Both the position numbers and the translations under genes were made by a program. The notes below the pieces were generated by a model. That model was not told the origin of the DNA, searched no databases, and saw nothing but the letters and a program-made list of their open reading frames with translations. From Pseudomonadota bacterium (GTDB taxonomy: Bacteria; Pseudomonadota; Gammaproteobacteria; Burkholderiales; JALYOK01): 34,801 bases of DNA. The DNA lies in contig JANMJR010000185.1 of NCBI GenBank assembly GCA_031371465.1, forward strand, positions 1 to 34,801, read 5' to 3'. Shown here piece by piece: positions 32,467-34,801 of this stretch (position 1 is its first letter; each line of letters opens with the position of its first letter).

Positions 32467-33642
32467 CTACTTCAGGTTCGGGCACTGCTCGCCCGGATCG
32501 ACGTCTTTGAACGTCTCAAGCAATTTCACGTTACCGTCGGCCTGCACTTGGCCAAGATAAATGGTCAGCGGCGCATGGCGTTGTTTGTTCATCTGGATCT
32601 TGCCGCGCGGGCCGTCGACCGCCACTTCCGCCAGCGCCTTGATGACGGCATCGGTTCCTGTCGAGCCGGCTTTTTCCACGGCCGCTTTGTAGGCGTACAC
32701 GCCTTCATATTGCGGCACGGAAAGATCGTTCGGCGTTTTTAGGTTTGCGCCGAATTTTTTCTGCATCGCCGCCATGAATGTTTTATTCGCCGGGGTGTCG
32801 ATGTTGGTGAGATACGAGCCGGAAATATAGATGCCGTTCGCATCGGCGCCCATGCTCTTGGCCGTGCCTTCGTCCACGGCGAGATTGCCGTAGGGAATCT
32901 TAATGCCCGCCGCGCGCAATTGCTTGGTCAGCGTCACGTTCGGTGCGCCACCCGCGGTCGAGGTAATCACCGCGTCGGGATTGGCGGCCTTTAGCTTGGA
33001 GATGATCGGCGTCCAATCGGCGCCGTCCATCGGTAGATATTCTTCACCGAGGATTTTGCCGCCTTTGCTTTCGGCGTATTTACGCGTGAATCCGAGCATG
33101 CCGCGGCCGTAGGCATAGTCGCTGCCGATCAAGAAATAGGTTTTCGACTTGTAGGTCTTCATGAAGTAGTCGACTACCGGCGCCACTTGCTGGTCAGGTA
33201 CCCAGGCGTTGACGTAGAGATATTTATTGCACGAACGGCCTTCGTAAAAGGATGTGTAGATGAACGGTTTCTTCGCGCGCGTAACGATGGGCAAGCCGGC
33301 GTTGCGCGCCGCGCTGGTTTCCATGGTGATCAGCACGTCGACCTTCTTTTGGAATAACAATGAGTCGAATGCTTTTTGCGCGCCGGCCGCGCCGCTGCCA
33401 TCGTCAGCGACTTCCAACAAAACTTTTTTACCGAGTATGCCGCCTTTGGCATTGATCTCTTCGACCGCCAGCTCCGCCGATTGAACCACGGAGGGCGCCA
33501 CCACGCTATTCGCGCCGCTTAGGCCAACGGGAATACCGATCTTGATGACGTCCGCAGCGTGTACACCGGTCGCGCAAAACAGCGCGGTTGCGCACAGCGT
33601 ACGAAACAGTGCGACCAGATGACCCAGTTTAATTGCATTCAT
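32467..33642 (-). CDS. ABC transporter substrate-binding protein, amide/urea (AmiC/UrtA-like) family, paralogue of 26281-27531
   Basis: The ORF runs to 33678. ATG 33642 (MNAIKLGHLVALFRTLCATALFCATGVHA, a signal peptide) has a GAGGGG ribosome-binding site. INAKGGILGKKV, FYEGRSCNKYLYVNAWVPDQQ and LTIYLGQVQADGNVK parallel the urtA-like protein block by block. Confidence 0.8.
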   Translation of the reverse strand: MNAIKLGHLVALFRTLCATALFCATGVHAADVIKIGIPVGLSGANSVVAPSVVQSAELAVEEINAKGGILGKKVLLEVADDGSGAAGAQKAFDSLLFQKKVDVLITMETSAARNAGLPIVTRAKKPFIYTSFYEGRSCNKYLYVNAWVPDQQVAPVVDYFMKTYKSKTYFLIGSDYAYGRGMLGFTRKYAESKGGKILGEEYLPMDGADWTPIISKLKAANPDAVITSTAGGAPNVTLTKQLRAAGIKIPYGNLAVDEGTAKSMGADANGIYISGSYLTNIDTPANKTFMAAMQKKFGANLKTPNDLSVPQYEGVYAYKAAVEKAGSTGTDAVIKALAEVAVDGPRGKIQMNKQRHAPLTIYLGQVQADGNVKLLETFKDVDPGEQCPNLK

Positions 33643-33816
33643 TGATATTTCCCCTCTTCGCGTTAGAGTTAATGACATACCGCGCCTGCACTACAAAAGA
33701 CCAGTACGACGCAGACCTTTGGCCTGACACAATTATCATACCACCTGTGCCGACCACGAAGGCCTTAAGCTAACTTCGCCTTTCTCGAGGATATTTTTCG
33801 ATTTCAGCGCATTGAA

Positions 33817-33832
33817 TGCCCGTCAATTGCCA
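33817..33832 (-). promoter_or_regulatory. weak sigma-54-like -24/-12 element upstream of the second transporter operon
   Basis: The minus strand reads TGGCAATTGACGGGCA, with GG/GC at the correct spacing but a poor -12 half. It lies about 175 nt upstream of ATG 33642. Confidence 0.25.
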
Positions 33833-34075
33833 GGGTTAAACGCCCGGCCGTAGTGCGATTTCGCGCCAAAGCAGTGCGCAGCCTGGGTTCCGCAATCGGT
33901 TCATCGCTCACTCATCGGGTGATTGGCGCAATACCAGAGGATACTCATCGCACTACATCGCGGCTGGTCGAGGGTGAAATGAAATAGGTACACAAACTCG
34001 CCCTCTTCATGTCGCAATTGAAGCGTACTACTCAAGTGCGAAACTTTTCTTCACGAAACTGCTATAAGGTGAATC

Positions 34076-34801
34076 ATGAATACGATCCACAATGAAAGCC
34101 TGGTCAAGATCGCTTGCATTCAAATGGAGCCCCACGTGGGCTTGAAAGAACAAAATGTCGAGAAGACATTGAAGCTGATCGACCAAGCGGCTAGCAATAA
34201 CGCGCGACTGATCGTCCTACCAGAACTATGTAACTCCGGTTACGTTTTCGAAACACGCGATGAGGCGTTCGCGCTGGCGGAAGAAATCCCAAATGGCGCG
34301 ACCGCCCAAGCGTGGTGCGAGGCTGCGGCGCGTCATGGCGCCTACTTGGTCGCGGGTATTTGCAATAGCCTGTATAACGCCGCCGTGATTGTTGGCCCTA
34401 CCGGTTATATTGGAACCTTTCGCAAGGTGCATTTGTGGAACGAAGAAAACAATTTCTTTGAGCCCGGCAATTTGGGTTTTCCAGTGTTCCACACGCCGAT
34501 TGGTCGCATCGCCAGTTTCATTTGTTACGATGGTTGGTTTCCAGAAAGCTATCGCCTGTGTGCGCTAGGCGGTGCGGACGTTATTTGCATCCCAACCAAC
34601 TGGGTGCCGATTCCCGGCCAAGATCCAAAGCGCGAGGCCATGGCCAATATCCTTTGCATGGCCGCGGCCCATAGTAACTCTGTGTTCGTCGCTGCGGCCG
34701 ACCGTGTGGGCGTCGAACGAGGCCAACCGTTCAACGGCCAAAGTATCATCGTTAGTTATACCGGCTGGCCGATCGGTGGACCCGCCAGCGCAGACAAAGA
34801 A
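34076..34801 (+). CDS. carbon-nitrogen hydrolase (nitrilase superfamily) protein, partial (3' end beyond the window)
   Basis: Not in the ORF track because it has no in-window stop. My translation from ATG 34076 (ribosome-binding site AAGGTG) is MNTIHNESLVKIACIQMEPHVGLKEQNVEKTLKLIDQAASNNARLIVLPELCNSGY...FRKVHLW...ICYDGWFPE..., open to 34801 (242 codons). The Glu-Lys-Cys catalytic triad contexts are present. Confidence 0.8.
   Translation, partial: MNTIHNESLVKIACIQMEPHVGLKEQNVEKTLKLIDQAASNNARLIVLPELCNSGYVFETRDEAFALAEEIPNGATAQAWCEAAARHGAYLVAGICNSLYNAAVIVGPTGYIGTFRKVHLWNEENNFFEPGNLGFPVFHTPIGRIASFICYDGWFPESYRLCALGGADVICIPTNWVPIPGQDPKREAMANILCMAAAHSNSVFVAAADRVGVERGQPFNGQSIIVSYTGWPIGGPASADKE

Noticed and set aside
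1-34801. Search for defence systems, CRISPR arrays, retron/DGR components, toxin-antitoxin pairs, integrases, tRNA/rRNA genes and tandem repeats
   Set aside because: I saw no repeat-spacer periodicity, no reverse transcriptase, nuclease, helicase or recombinase motifs in any ORF, and no tRNA-like cloverleaf candidates in the intergenic regions. Every ORF over 150 aa is either assigned to a metabolic or housekeeping family or explained as a shadow ORF.

Overview
This window looks like proteobacterial core chromosome at roughly 55-60% GC (by eye), with no phage, integrase, transposase, CRISPR, rRNA or tRNA content. I found no recognisable defence, toxin-antitoxin or secretion module and no transcription factor gene. 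All family assignments come from reading motifs by eye, not from searches.

Gene content, left to right:
- A partial AsmA-family gene that is missing from the ORF track because it has no in-window stop, followed by a small hypothetical gene.
- A tightly coupled seven-gene minus-strand acyl-CoA operon (2950-10029). It encodes a MenB/BadI-type crotonase, an AMP-forming ligase, an enoyl-CoA hydratase, an acyl-CoA dehydrogenase, a 3-hydroxyacyl-CoA dehydrogenase, a degenerate dehydrogenase paralogue and a family III CoA-transferase.
- The operon is flanked by a convergent, divergent-looking AroQ-type dehydroquinase and a divergently transcribed aldehyde dehydrogenase.
- A housekeeping block: ilvA, rpiA, an orphan phoU with a Pho-box-like promoter, an ABC-F ATPase, two coupled unknown membrane proteins, yggX, argA, rsmE and an IMPase-family gene.
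- Two paralogous Urt/AmiC-type amide or urea ABC uptake loci. One is co-operonic with an FmdA/AmdA-family formamidase. The other has a fused permease-ATPase, a downstream SDR and a divergent nitrilase-superfamily hydrolase that is partial at the window end.

Most notable sequence-level observations:
- A 242-bp MITE-like element with about 20-bp terminal inverted repeats and a TATT target-site duplication, inserted exactly between the argA stop codon and the yggX ribosome-binding site.
- A short GC-rich hairpin repeat present once in an intergenic spacer and once in frame inside the acyl-CoA ligase gene.
- Three -24/-12 (sigma-54-like) motifs upstream of the catabolic and uptake loci.

The best candidates for undescribed biology are the unusual CoA operon and the paired amide-scavenging loci. 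Both are metabolic rather than exotic.
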